Shown piece after piece: positions 38,065 through 47,633 of a stretch of 50,816 nt of DNA (position 1 is the first letter of the stretch; every line of letters begins with the position of its first letter). The DNA comes from Spirosoma fluviale. Its GTDB lineage: Bacteria > Bacteroidota > Bacteroidia > Cytophagales > Cyclobacteriaceae. Under the pieces are notes generated by a model. That model did not search any database. It saw only the letters and a list, made by a program, of their open reading frames with translations, and was not told the DNA's origin. A program made the translations under genes and the position numbers. The stretch covers positions 1-50,816 of the forward strand of contig CAMCBC010000001.1 of NCBI GenBank assembly GCA_945872775.1, written 5' to 3'.

Positions 38065-38772
38065 TTAAGCCATGTTGGTAAATACCTGATTGACGTCGTC
38101 GTCCTCTTCCAGGCGATCGATCAGCTTGTTGATGAGCTCTTCTTGCTCTTCGGTCAATTCGGTAAGTGTAGTGGGAAAGCGCTGAAAATCTGCGGAAATG
38201 ACTTCGATACTTCGGTCTTCCAGTGCCTTCTGCATCAAACCAAAGTCTTCAAATTCGGTGTAGGCAAAAATTTCCCCTTCGTTTTCTGCAATTTCGGTGA
38301 GTCCAAAATCGATCAATTCCAATTCAAGGTCCTCAAGATCGTATGCAGCTTTTGCGAAGCGGAATACGGCTTTGTGCTCAAACATGAAGCTGACGGATCC
38401 TGAAGTTCCCATGGACCCTCCGGCTTTGGCAAAGTAGGACCGCACGTTCGCTACGGTTCGGTTGGTATTGTCTGTGGAAGTTTCTACAATAAAGGCGATT
38501 CCAAAGGGTCCATAGCCCTCGTATACCACTTCTTCGTAGTCTTTTTCATCCTTGTTGGAAGCCCGCTTGATTGCTCCTTCGATTCGATCTTTAGGCATTT
38601 GGGCACCTTTGGCGTTCTGGATGACAGTCCGAAGTTTGGCATTGCTGCTAGGATCTGGGCCTCCAGCCTTCACGGCCATGACGATTTCCTTCCCTAGTCG
38701 GGTAAATACCTTGGACATCTTGTCCCAACGCTTGAATTTTCGCTCTTTTCTGAACTCAAATGCTCTTCCCAT
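38065..38772 (-). CDS. yebC: YebC/PmpR family protein
   Basis: MGRAFEFRK, YEGYGP, TDNTNRT and LEEDDDV motifs. ATG at 38772. Confidence 0.95.
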   Translation of the reverse strand: MGRAFEFRKERKFKRWDKMSKVFTRLGKEIVMAVKAGGPDPSSNAKLRTVIQNAKGAQMPKDRIEGAIKRASNKDEKDYEEVVYEGYGPFGIAFIVETSTDNTNRTVANVRSYFAKAGGSMGTSGSVSFMFEHKAVFRFAKAAYDLEDLELELIDFGLTEIAENEGEIFAYTEFEDFGLMQKALEDRSIEVISADFQRFPTTLTELTEEQEELINKLIDRLEEDDDVNQVFTNMA

Positions 38773-38793
38773 GGATATGCTGTTTATAGGGAA

Positions 38794-38801
38794 CAAAAAT
38801 A
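38794..38801 (-). promoter_or_regulatory. -7 element of yebC-yjjX promoter
   Basis: The reverse complement reads TATTTTTG. Confidence 0.5.
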
Positions 38802-38951
38802 GCAATTTCTTTTAGCTGATGAAGGGCATTTTTGGATGGAAGAGAAAGTTCCACCCTGCAAAAAATAAGGGCTTTAAAAAACGAGTCCAATAGGTAGATT
38901 AAACCAATGGTGCAATTCGAGGTCTAAATCCTGAAACAAACCAATAGCAAC

Positions 38952-39368
38952 ATGAAAAAATGGATCCTTGGTGCGGCAGTCATGACTTGCATTAGTCTTG
39001 GGCTATCTGCGCAACATCAGAAGAAAAACTTTCGAGAGCTAAGCGCATCAGAGCGCGCAGAAAAGATGAGCAATCGAATGGCGGAGGAGCTTAAGCTTAC
39101 CGATGAACAGCGAAAGCAAGTGAGCAAGGTGGTACTTGAAAATGCCACGAGGCAAGAGGAACTTATCCAAAAGCGGAAAGCGGAGTTTGAAGCTCAAAAG
39201 AATTACAGACTGGAACAGGAGAAAAAGATCAGTGCGATCTTGACCGAAGAGCAAAAAGTGATATGGGAGCAGCGAAAGGAAGCGCTAAAGCAGCGAATGG
39301 GTGGCCGAGGAGAAGAGGGGCATGAGCGACACAGAATGGGACGACCCAGATATAGAAGAGGACATTAA
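38952..39368 (+). CDS. Exported helical protein (DUF4890 / Spy-CpxP-like, LTxxQ motifs)
   Basis: Signal peptide; LKLTDEQ and ILTEEQ motifs. Confidence 0.75.
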   Translation: MKKWILGAAVMTCISLGLSAQHQKKNFRELSASERAEKMSNRMAEELKLTDEQRKQVSKVVLENATRQEELIQKRKAEFEAQKNYRLEQEKKISAILTEEQKVIWEQRKEALKQRMGGRGEEGHERHRMGRPRYRRGH

Positions 39369-39370
39369 CC

Positions 39371-39400
39371 AAAAAGGGCCACAGTGATGCGGCCCTTTTT
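39371..39400. terminator. Bidirectional intrinsic terminator
   Basis: AAAAAGGGCC...GGCCCTTTTT between convergent genes. Confidence 0.8.
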
Positions 39401-39414
39401 GTTGATACCTGTTT

Positions 39415-40890
39415 TTAAACTTGTTCCCGCTGCTCTTCTACCTCAAAATAGGAGGCGTCTTTTTGGGGCAATGAAGAGCTGCCCATCAAATAGCTGTCTA
39501 CCTGGACTGCAGCCTCTCTGCCCTCTGAGATGGCCCATACCACTAGAGATTGGCCCCTTCGCATGTCACCTGCAAGAAATACTTTCGGGTTTGAACTGGC
39601 GTACTGCTTGGATTTTGGGAACTGATTTTCGAGAAGGTCCACCCCAAAACTACCCAACAAATCGGATTGGCCTGGGCCTACATATCCGATGGCCAGGAAT
39701 GCCAAATCACAGGGCAATGTCCGCTCTGTACCTTCTACAACCTCATAGGTCATCCGACCTCCAGCATCTTTCCATACAATATCTACGACTACTAGTCCGG
39801 TTACTTCTCCCTTTTCGTTGCCGACAAATTCCTTGGTCAGCACAGAAAAGAGCCGATCAGCACCCTCCTCATGCGAACTGGAAGTTCGCAAGGTCATGGG
39901 CCATTCAGGCCAAGGATTGGCCGAGGTTCGCTTGACGGGGGGTTTGGGAAGCAATTCCAGCTGGGTGACTTGTGCGGCTCCATGTCTTCTGGAGGTCCCA
40001 ATACAGTCACTTCCAGTGTCTCCACCTCCAATGACGAGTACATTTTTGCCGGTAGCCGAGATTGGATTTTTCGCTACCTCTCCGCCGATCACTTGATTTT
40101 GAGGAGCAAGGAAATCCATAGCAAAATGTACTCCTTTAAGGTTGCTTCCAGGAATAGCTAACTCTCGTGGTTTTTGGGCCCCTACACTCAAAACTACCGC
40201 ATCGAAGTTTTTCAGTACTTCTTCTGCTTCCAAGTTGGTTCCGATTTCAGTTTGGGTGATAAACTGAACCCCTTCTTCCTCCATCACCGCAATTCTTCGA
40301 TCGATCACCCATTTTTCCAACTTAAAGTCGGGTATACCATAGCGCAGTAGCCCGCCAATTTTGGCATTTTTTTCAAAAAGGCTTACAGCATGTCCTGCCT
40401 GATTGAGTTGGTCAGCAGCAGCAAGACCCGCAGGCCCGGAGCCAATTACTGCCACGCGCTTTCCTGTACGTTCTTTTGGAGGGGATGGGGCAATTAGACC
40501 AAGTTCGTAGGCCTTCTCGACAATGTTCTTTTCAATCAACTCGATGGCTACCGGATCCTTGCTTATTCCTAGCACACAGCTCGCTTCACAGGGAGCTGGA
40601 CATATTCTACCCGTAAACTCCGGGAAGTTATTGGTGCTCTTCAGGATGCGGATGGCTTGCAGCCAATTTTCCTGGTAGACCGCCTCGTTAAATTCAGGAA
40701 TTACATTTCCAAGTGGGCAGCCGTTGTGGCAAAATGGTACCCCGCAGTCCATGCAACGCGCAGCCTGGTTGTGTAGCTGTTTCTCAGAAAATGGGGTATA
40801 AATTTCCTGGTAATCCCCCAGTCGAACCTGGGGATCCCGACTTGTAGGGGTTTCTCGATTGTAGTGTAAAAATCCGTCTTTGGCACCCAT
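39415..40890 (-). CDS. gltD: Glutamate synthase small subunit
   Basis: RCMDCGVPFC, GRICPAPCE, GSGPAG, GGGDTG and GDMRRGQSLVVWAI motifs. Confidence 0.98.
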   Translation of the reverse strand: MGAKDGFLHYNRETPTSRDPQVRLGDYQEIYTPFSEKQLHNQAARCMDCGVPFCHNGCPLGNVIPEFNEAVYQENWLQAIRILKSTNNFPEFTGRICPAPCEASCVLGISKDPVAIELIEKNIVEKAYELGLIAPSPPKERTGKRVAVIGSGPAGLAAADQLNQAGHAVSLFEKNAKIGGLLRYGIPDFKLEKWVIDRRIAVMEEEGVQFITQTEIGTNLEAEEVLKNFDAVVLSVGAQKPRELAIPGSNLKGVHFAMDFLAPQNQVIGGEVAKNPISATGKNVLVIGGGDTGSDCIGTSRRHGAAQVTQLELLPKPPVKRTSANPWPEWPMTLRTSSSHEEGADRLFSVLTKEFVGNEKGEVTGLVVVDIVWKDAGGRMTYEVVEGTERTLPCDLAFLAIGYVGPGQSDLLGSFGVDLLENQFPKSKQYASSNPKVFLAGDMRRGQSLVVWAISEGREAAVQVDSYLMGSSSLPQKDASYFEVEEQREQV

Positions 40891-40891
40891 A

Positions 40892-43800
40892 TTATGCGAA
40901 GGTTCGTTCTTGTTGTGCTGATTTTTTTGCCAATACTGCTTTGTAGTCTTTTGGCATGACTTTGATAAACCTGGTTTTGGTGTGTTCCCAATTTTCTAAG
41001 TAGGCTTGACCCAATGCACTTCGTGTGAAGGCCACATGTCGCTTCAGATAGTTGTAGAGCTTTTCGAAATCCTGTTCATCCAAAGGATCCAAATCCACCA
41101 TTTCCCGGTTGACTTCGGCTTGGTATTCCTCAAGAATGTAGGCGATACCCCCGCTCATTCCAGCGCCGAAATTTCTGCCGATTTCACCAAGGTTGACTAG
41201 CAGACCCCCTGTCATGTACTCGCATCCATGGTCGCCAATCCCTTCAATGACAGCTTTGACGCCAGAGTTACGCACGCAGAAGCGCTCTCCTCCTTTGCCA
41301 TTGATAAAGGCTTCCCCTGCTGTGGCGCCATAGAAGGCTACGTTGCCGATCAAGATATTTTCCTCTGCTCGGAACTTGGCATTTCTACTTGGGTAAACAA
41401 TCAATCTACCCCCGGAAAGGCCCTTTCCAAAATAATCATTCGCTTCTCCCTCTAGCTCAAAATTGACCCCTCGGGCGAGAAATCCACCAAAAGTCTGTCC
41501 AGCCGAACCACTGAAGGTGATTTGGATACTGTCTTCCGGTAGTCCTACACTTCCGTAGATTTTGGAGATCTCATTCGAAAGCATGGCTCCCACTGAGCGG
41601 TCGGTATTTTTGATGTCAAAATGTCCCTGAACTTGAATCGCTTGTTCCAAAGCAGGAGTTGCTTTTTCGATCAACTTTCGGTCTAGCACCTCGTCCAAGG
41701 ACACCTCTTGGTCGATTTGCTTGTAAATCCCCACATGGCTGGGCACTTCTACCTTATGGAAAATAGGAGAAAGGTCCAGTTTATCCCATTTCCAGTGTTT
41801 GAGGTGGGTGCTGGCTTGTAAGACTTGGCTTTGTCCTACCATCTCATCGATGGTACGGAAGCCAAGGGAGGCCATGATCTCGCGAAGGTCCTGCACGATA
41901 AATTTAAAGTAGTTGACCACATGGTCAGGGTCACCCGTAAACAGTTTTCTCAATTCAGGATCCTGAGTAGCAATGCCTACTGGGCAGGTATTGAGGTGGC
42001 ACTTGCGCATCATGATGCATCCTTCTGCTATCAGAGCTCCAGTAGCAATCCCCCATTCTTCCGCGCCCAACAGCGTGGCAATGGCAAGGTCACGACCTGT
42101 TCGCAGTTGCCCATCTGTTTGGAGTACCACCCGACTTCTCAGGTTGTTTTTGACAAGGGTTTGGTGTGCTTCAGAAAGCCCAAGTTCCCAAGGCAGTCCA
42201 GCATGACGAATCGAGCTCAGGGGAGATGCTCCTGTACCCCCATCTGCGCCAGAAATCAAGATTACATCTGCCATGGCTTTGGCGACACCGGCCGCGACGG
42301 TGCCTACTCCTGCTTGGGAAACTAATTTTACATTGATTCGAGCCGTTCGATTTGCGTTTTTTAGATCGTAGATCAACTGTGCCAAATCCTCAATGGAGTA
42401 AATATCGTGGTGCGGAGGCGGGGAAATTAAACCCACCCCAGGAGTGGAATGTCTTACTCGACCGATCCAGTCGTCCACTTTGTGTCCCGGAAGTTGCCCC
42501 CCTTCTCCAGGCTTTGCACCTTGAGCTATTTTTATTTGAAGCTCCTCTGCATGAGTTAAGTAGTGGGAAGTGACTCCAAAGCGTCCCGATGCTACTTGTT
42601 TGATCGCAGATCTTTCCCAGTCTCCGTTTGCCTTTTTTTCATAACGCTGCTCATCCTCACCTCCCTCGCCCGTATTACTTTTCGCACCGATTCGGTTCAT
42701 GGCTATCGCCAAAGTGGCATGGGCTTCATGGGAAATGGAGCCGAAGGACATCGCGCCTGTTGCGAATCGCTTCATGATCTTTTCTTCAGGCTCAACCTCC
42801 TCCAGGGGAACAGAGATTTGCTTTTTGAATTCAAACAAGCCCCTCAAAGTCATTGCATCCTGACTTTGCTCGTTAATTTTTGAGGCAAATTTTTGATACA
42901 GTCCATAATCCCCCAATCGGGTAGATTTTTGGAGTAGGTGAATGGTTTCTGGATTAAAAAGGTGTTTTTCTCCCCTTCTTTTCCACTGGTAAAGCCCCCC
43001 TGTTTCCAACACGCCTGCATGTGGAAGATAAGCTGCACGGTGACGGATCAATACTTCCTCTGCTAGTTCATCGAAGGAAATGCCACTAATTCGGGAGGTT
43101 GTGCCTTTGAAACAGCGATCCATGACCTCTGGACCTAGTCCTATGGCTTCAAAAATCTGTGCACCTTGGTAAGATTGCAGGGTTGAAATCCCCATTTTGG
43201 AGAGCACCTTTAGCAATCCTTTTCCAATTCCTTTTTGATAGTTGCTAAGGACTGTTTTTTCATCTTTAGCTCCAGGGAGTTCGCCTTTTCGATGGAGATC
43301 CAATAGGGATTCTAGGGCCAAGTACGGGTTGATGGCAGACACTCCATAGCCAATTGCGGTGGCGAAGTGGTGCACTTCACGGATGTCAGCAGATTCAAGA
43401 ACTAATCCTGCACGCGTACGAATTTTTTTCTTGACGAGATGCTGATGCACGGCTCCAATGGCGAGAAGCGAGGGGATAGGGGCAAGACTGTCTGAACTGT
43501 CTCTATCCGAGAGGATGAGTACATTTTTCCCTTCGATCAAAATTGCATCTTCTGCTTCTTTGCACAGCTGATCCAATGCGGCCAATAGTCTTCCGGGCTG
43601 GTGGTCTGCCACAAAATGTCCAAATAAGCGCGTAGTTCGGTAGCCCAGATGCTCAAGCCGCGTAATTTTTTCCAAATCGGCATTGAGTAAGACGGGCTGC
43701 GAAATATGGATCTGCTTGGTGTGAAGCGGGCTTTCTTCCAAAATATTATGGCCTTCCCCAATTCGAGTGAAAAGGGACATCACCAGTCGTTCTCGGATGG

Positions 43801-45385
43801 GGTCGATGGGTGGATTACTTACCTGGGCAAAAAGCTGCTTGAAGTAGTTCGAGATGTGTTGGCTTTGTTTGGAAAGTACCGCCAATGGCGTGTCTGCTCC
43901 CATCGATCCTATTGCTTCTTGACCCTCATTTCCAAGCGGGGCTAAAATCACTTTTAGTTCTTCCGAGGTGTAGCCGAAAATAGTTTGGCGTTTGTGAATT
44001 GCTTCAGTTTGGTAGGTATAGCTAAGTTCCTCGGGCTCTGGCACAAGCCTAAGTTTTGTGCGCTTTTCATTGACCCATTGTTCATAAGGCTGTCGGCTGC
44101 AAATCTCCCCTTTGACTTCATCGTCGAGGAGAACCTTTCCTTTTTCCAAGTCTGCCCAAAGCATGCGTCCAGGACTGATTCTTCCTTTTTGGGTGATGGT
44201 AGCTTCTCGGATCGGTAGTGCTCCAGCCTCGGAGGAGAGAATGAGGCGCTGGTCTTTGGTGATGAAATAGCGAAGCGGCCTAAGACCATTTCGGTCGAGT
44301 GTGGCGCCCACCGATTTGCCGTCGGTAAATAAAAGTGCGGCAGGCCCATCCCAGGGTTCTACCAAGGAGGCGTGAAACTTATAGAATGCCGCACGATCCT
44401 TGTCCATGACCTCGTTGTCCTGCCAAGCTTCTGGCACGAGCATCATCATCGCATGCGGAAGGCTCCGCCCACTGAGGGTAAGCAGTTCCACCATGGCATC
44501 CAAATTGGCGGAGTCGGAGTTCAATTTGTTGGTGATGGGCATGAGCATTGCCAATTCTTCCTGGCTAAAAAAGGAAGATTTCATCAAGGCCTCTTTGGAC
44601 TTCATTTTGTTCAAATTGCCGCGAATGGTATTGATTTCTCCGTTGTGAGAAAGGTACCGAAAGGGCTGAGCTAGCCTCCAATTGGGAAAGGTGTTGGTGC
44701 TAAATCTGGAGTGAACGATGGCAAAGGCGGAAGCAATGCGGGGATTTTGAAGGTCCTTGAAGAAAGGCAGTACCTGATCCGTTCGTAGCTGCCCTTTGTA
44801 CACCACGGTTAAAGAACTGAAGCTTGCAAAATAGAAGGCTTGATTGACGCCTGGAATTTCTGAATTGATTTTTGAGCTTGCGTAATTTCGCAGTACATAG
44901 AGTTTCCGCTCTAGCTCAAGGCCTTGAAGCCCATCCTTGTGGCGAACAAATACCTGTTCAATAATCGGCATCACTTCTAGCGCACTTGAACCGGGGATGG
45001 TTTCATCGATAGGAACTTTCCGGTAGCCAATCAACACAAAGCCCAATTCTTCGATGAGTTGGTTGAGTAAGGCCTTTGCTTTGGCGTATAGCTGCTTGTT
45101 GGTAGGAAAAAAAGTCATGCCCAAGCCAAACTCCCCAGGTGCGGGCAGCTGGATTTCGGTACGTGCGGTTACATCTTGAAGAAATTGGTGGGGAATTTGG
45201 ATGGAAATACCAGCTCCGTCACCTGTTTTGGGATCAGCTCCTCTACCTCCACGGTGTTCCATATTGCTGAGCATATACAAAGCCCCGCTGATGGTTTCGT
45301 GTGTAGGTTCATTGGTGAGGTCTACTACTGCTCCAATACCGCAGGAGTCGTGCTCAAACTCCTGCCGATATAACCCTTGCTCCAT
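40892..45385 (-). CDS. gltB: Glutamate synthase large subunit
   Basis: EHDSCGIG (Ntn Cys), HSRFSTNT, QGAKPGEGGQLPG and CHLNTCPVG motifs. ATG at 45385. Confidence 0.99.
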   Translation of the reverse strand: MEQGLYRQEFEHDSCGIGAVVDLTNEPTHETISGALYMLSNMEHRGGRGADPKTGDGAGISIQIPHQFLQDVTARTEIQLPAPGEFGLGMTFFPTNKQLYAKAKALLNQLIEELGFVLIGYRKVPIDETIPGSSALEVMPIIEQVFVRHKDGLQGLELERKLYVLRNYASSKINSEIPGVNQAFYFASFSSLTVVYKGQLRTDQVLPFFKDLQNPRIASAFAIVHSRFSTNTFPNWRLAQPFRYLSHNGEINTIRGNLNKMKSKEALMKSSFFSQEELAMLMPITNKLNSDSANLDAMVELLTLSGRSLPHAMMMLVPEAWQDNEVMDKDRAAFYKFHASLVEPWDGPAALLFTDGKSVGATLDRNGLRPLRYFITKDQRLILSSEAGALPIREATITQKGRISPGRMLWADLEKGKVLLDDEVKGEICSRQPYEQWVNEKRTKLRLVPEPEELSYTYQTEAIHKRQTIFGYTSEELKVILAPLGNEGQEAIGSMGADTPLAVLSKQSQHISNYFKQLFAQVSNPPIDPIRERLVMSLFTRIGEGHNILEESPLHTKQIHISQPVLLNADLEKITRLEHLGYRTTRLFGHFVADHQPGRLLAALDQLCKEAEDAILIEGKNVLILSDRDSSDSLAPIPSLLAIGAVHQHLVKKKIRTRAGLVLESADIREVHHFATAIGYGVSAINPYLALESLLDLHRKGELPGAKDEKTVLSNYQKGIGKGLLKVLSKMGISTLQSYQGAQIFEAIGLGPEVMDRCFKGTTSRISGISFDELAEEVLIRHRAAYLPHAGVLETGGLYQWKRRGEKHLFNPETIHLLQKSTRLGDYGLYQKFASKINEQSQDAMTLRGLFEFKKQISVPLEEVEPEEKIMKRFATGAMSFGSISHEAHATLAIAMNRIGAKSNTGEGGEDEQRYEKKANGDWERSAIKQVASGRFGVTSHYLTHAEELQIKIAQGAKPGEGGQLPGHKVDDWIGRVRHSTPGVGLISPPPHHDIYSIEDLAQLIYDLKNANRTARINVKLVSQAGVGTVAAGVAKAMADVILISGADGGTGASPLSSIRHAGLPWELGLSEAHQTLVKNNLRSRVVLQTDGQLRTGRDLAIATLLGAEEWGIATGALIAEGCIMMRKCHLNTCPVGIATQDPELRKLFTGDPDHVVNYFKFIVQDLREIMASLGFRTIDEMVGQSQVLQASTHLKHWKWDKLDLSPIFHKVEVPSHVGIYKQIDQEVSLDEVLDRKLIEKATPALEQAIQVQGHFDIKNTDRSVGAMLSNEISKIYGSVGLPEDSIQITFSGSAGQTFGGFLARGVNFELEGEANDYFGKGLSGGRLIVYPSRNAKFRAEENILIGNVAFYGATAGEAFINGKGGERFCVRNSGVKAVIEGIGDHGCEYMTGGLLVNLGEIGRNFGAGMSGGIAYILEEYQAEVNREMVDLDPLDEQDFEKLYNYLKRHVAFTRSALGQAYLENWEHTKTRFIKVMPKDYKAVLAKKSAQQERTFA

Positions 45386-45482
45386 TTTAATATGTTTAAT
45401 AGGTTTGAAAATCAAAAATTACTGATTTTTTTAAAATAAGCATAATTTATAACCCGTAATCATGCTAAAATGATTTAAAAAA

Positions 45483-45574
45483 ATCTTATTTATTAAAAAT
45501 AAGATAAAAAACAGACATAGATTTTTATACGTTGAAAAAGAATAATCTGCCTTATTTTTAAAATAAGGCAGATT
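45483..45574. promoter_or_regulatory. Palindromes upstream of gltB (candidate operators)
   Basis: ATCTTATTT-N5-AAATAAGAT (45483-505) and the perfect AATCTGCCTTATTTT-T-AAAATAAGGCAGATT (45544-74). Confidence 0.45.
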
Positions 45575-45627
45575 TTAAGCTCGAATGCTAGTTTTTTGAG
45601 AGCGGAAGGAAAATATTTTGCACAAAC

Positions 45628-45667
45628 AAAAAAAATAGTGCAATTCCTTTTTTTGAATTGCACTATT
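45628..45667 (-). terminator. Intrinsic terminator after gldE
   Basis: AATAGTGCAATTC/GAATTGCACTATT stem followed by a T-run on the minus strand. Confidence 0.8.
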
Positions 45668-45711
45668 CCAAATAAACAAGCAGTAGTAGTGGGAATTAGC
45701 CAAATAAAAAA

Positions 45712-47061
45712 TTAGTCAGTAAATGGGGAAGTACTGTCTTTTTCTCCTCCGTTTAGGTGGACTTTTACTTTTTTGATTTTGCGTGTATCTACCGCCAAGA
45801 TGGTGAACTCAAAATCTTTGAAGCGGATTTTAGCTCCGTTTTTCGGCAGCTTGGAGTTCAGCTCAAGGAGCAAGCCGCCAAGAGATTCACTTTCACCTTT
45901 TACTTCATCAAAGACTTGTGTATCTAAATCTAGTTTTTTGCAAAAATCATTGAGGGAAACCTTTCCTTCAAAGATAAAGGTGTCTACATCAATCTCTTGA
46001 AAGAATAAGGTGTCCGTGTCGTCAAACTCATCGTTGATTTCTCCAATAATCTCTTCAATCAAGTCTTCTAGGGTGATCAATCCAGAGGTGCCGCCATATT
46101 CATCCACGACGATGGCCATGTGCACGCGCATTTTTTGAAAATCTTTGAGGAGGGAGTCTGCTTTTTTATTTTCAGGAACGAAGAAACTCTTTCGAATCAA
46201 GGATTTCCACTCGAAGGTTTCATCTTTTTCGATGTGTGGGAGCAAGTCCTTGATGTAGAGAATTCCCAGAATACGGTCAATCGTCTCTTCATACACTGGG
46301 ATTCTAGAGTAGCCAATTTTGTTGACTTTATCCATCAGCTCATGGAAATCAATTTCAACATCTATGGCGGAGATATCCATGCGACTTTTCATGACTTGAC
46401 GGACGCTTAGCGTCCCAAAATTCACTATGCCGCGAAGGATTTCTTTTTCTTCTTCTGGGGTGTCTTCTGTGGTCAATTCCAAGGCTTGATTCAGCTCATC
46501 TACGGAAAGGGAATATCCTTTTTGTTGAACGCGCTTTTCGATGATGTTGCTGAATGCGATTAGGAATGCCGAAAAAGGCTTTAAAAGGTGCGTAAAGAAA
46601 GTTATTGGCCTTGCAAGTGCCAATGCAAAACTGGTGTTGGCTTGGTTGGCATACACTTTCGGTACAATCTCTCCAAAAAACACGATGGCGAAGGTGACGC
46701 CTACAGTTTGAATTAAAATGACAATTAGGCCAGTAGCATTTGTTCCAAAAAGGGTCCAAGTAACAAAGGTCGTCAAGGTGACGATACCAATATTGATAAG
46801 GTTATTTAGAATTAGAACAGTACTGAGCAAGATTTTTGGGGTGGCCAATAAGCTGGTGATCACACGCCCTTTTTCTGGATGTTTTTGGTTGAGATCTGTT
46901 AGCTCGTCTTTACTCAACGAAAAAAAGGCAACTTCAGAACCAGATACTAGGGCAGATCCTATTAGAAGGATCAGGAGGGCAAGCCCATTAAACAAAAAGT
47001 AAGAGAATGAAAGTGAAGAAACCTGGGCTATCAGTAAGTAACTCGGGTAGGGGTCATCCAT
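45712..47061 (-). CDS. gldE: Gliding motility-associated protein GldE (CNNM/DUF21-CBS-CorC)
   Basis: SGSEVAFFSL, FGEIVPK, YSRIPVY and VVDEYGGTSG motifs. Lies downstream of mutY-ssb as in other Bacteroidota. Confidence 0.88.
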   Translation of the reverse strand: MDDPYPSYLLIAQVSSLSFSYFLFNGLALLILLIGSALVSGSEVAFFSLSKDELTDLNQKHPEKGRVITSLLATPKILLSTVLILNNLINIGIVTLTTFVTWTLFGTNATGLIVILIQTVGVTFAIVFFGEIVPKVYANQANTSFALALARPITFFTHLLKPFSAFLIAFSNIIEKRVQQKGYSLSVDELNQALELTTEDTPEEEKEILRGIVNFGTLSVRQVMKSRMDISAIDVEIDFHELMDKVNKIGYSRIPVYEETIDRILGILYIKDLLPHIEKDETFEWKSLIRKSFFVPENKKADSLLKDFQKMRVHMAIVVDEYGGTSGLITLEDLIEEIIGEINDEFDDTDTLFFQEIDVDTFIFEGKVSLNDFCKKLDLDTQVFDEVKGESESLGGLLLELNSKLPKNGAKIRFKDFEFTILAVDTRKIKKVKVHLNGGEKDSTSPFTD

Positions 47062-47083
47062 GTGTTTGATACAATAAAGTGGT

Positions 47084-47091
47084 CAAAGTTA
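47084..47091 (-). promoter_or_regulatory. -7 element of an internal gldE promoter
   Basis: The reverse complement reads TAACTTTG. Confidence 0.5.
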
Positions 47092-47129
47092 TACAAATCC
47101 CCTGAATTTAAGGAACAGGGGATTTGTAT
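47091..47129 (-). terminator. Stem-loop after ssb
   Basis: ATACAAATCCCCTG...CAGGGGATTTGTAT, 14-bp stem. Confidence 0.65.
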
Positions 47130-47134
47130 TTCAA

Positions 47135-47587
47135 TTAAAAGGGTAGGTCATCGTCTCCCTCGTCTAGAGATACCATGGGTGTGCTAGGGACAGAAGAGGA
47201 ACTTTGCGTTGCGGCCATTCCTGTATTCGGAGCTGGAGTAGTGGCCATTCCTTCTGGCTTGCCGCCTACCATGGTAAAGCTCAAGACTCTGATCTTCATC
47301 TTCTTGCGATTTTGGCCTTGCTCATCTGTCCATTTGTCAGACTTGATTTTGCCTTCCACATAGATTTGAGAACCCTTTTTCAAGTATTTCTCCGCAATTT
47401 TTGCTTGTTGGTCCCAAAGCTCCAGGTCGTGCCACTCGGTCTGCTCCACCCGGTTACCGTTTCGATCTTGGTAAGCCTCTGAGGTAGCTAGGCTAAGGTT
47501 AGCCACGACCTTGTCTCCCTCCAAATATTTCACTTCTGGGTCAGCACCTAGGTGTCCCAATAAAATGACCTTGTTTACTCCTGCCAT
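47135..47587 (-). CDS. ssb: Single-stranded DNA-binding protein
   Basis: VNKVILLG.LG.DPE, TEWH and C-terminal DDDLPF. Confidence 0.98.
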   Translation of the reverse strand: MAGVNKVILLGHLGADPEVKYLEGDKVVANLSLATSEAYQDRNGNRVEQTEWHDLELWDQQAKIAEKYLKKGSQIYVEGKIKSDKWTDEQGQNRKKMKIRVLSFTMVGGKPEGMATTPAPNTGMAATQSSSSVPSTPMVSLDEGDDDLPF

Positions 47588-47633
47588 AACATTTTGTTTT
47601 TAGTGGTTAAAAAGTTTAGAAGATTGAAAGTAA

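Noticed and set aside
39384-45425. Many plus-strand ORFs up to 183 aa opposite gltD/gltB, and similar shadows opposite other genes
   Set aside because: They are antisense or off-frame shadows of well-conserved genes and have no motifs.
45668-45711. Possible gldD pseudogene remnant after gldE
   Set aside because: Hand translation of the three minus-strand frames gave no convincing lipoprotein signal or PKP motif.
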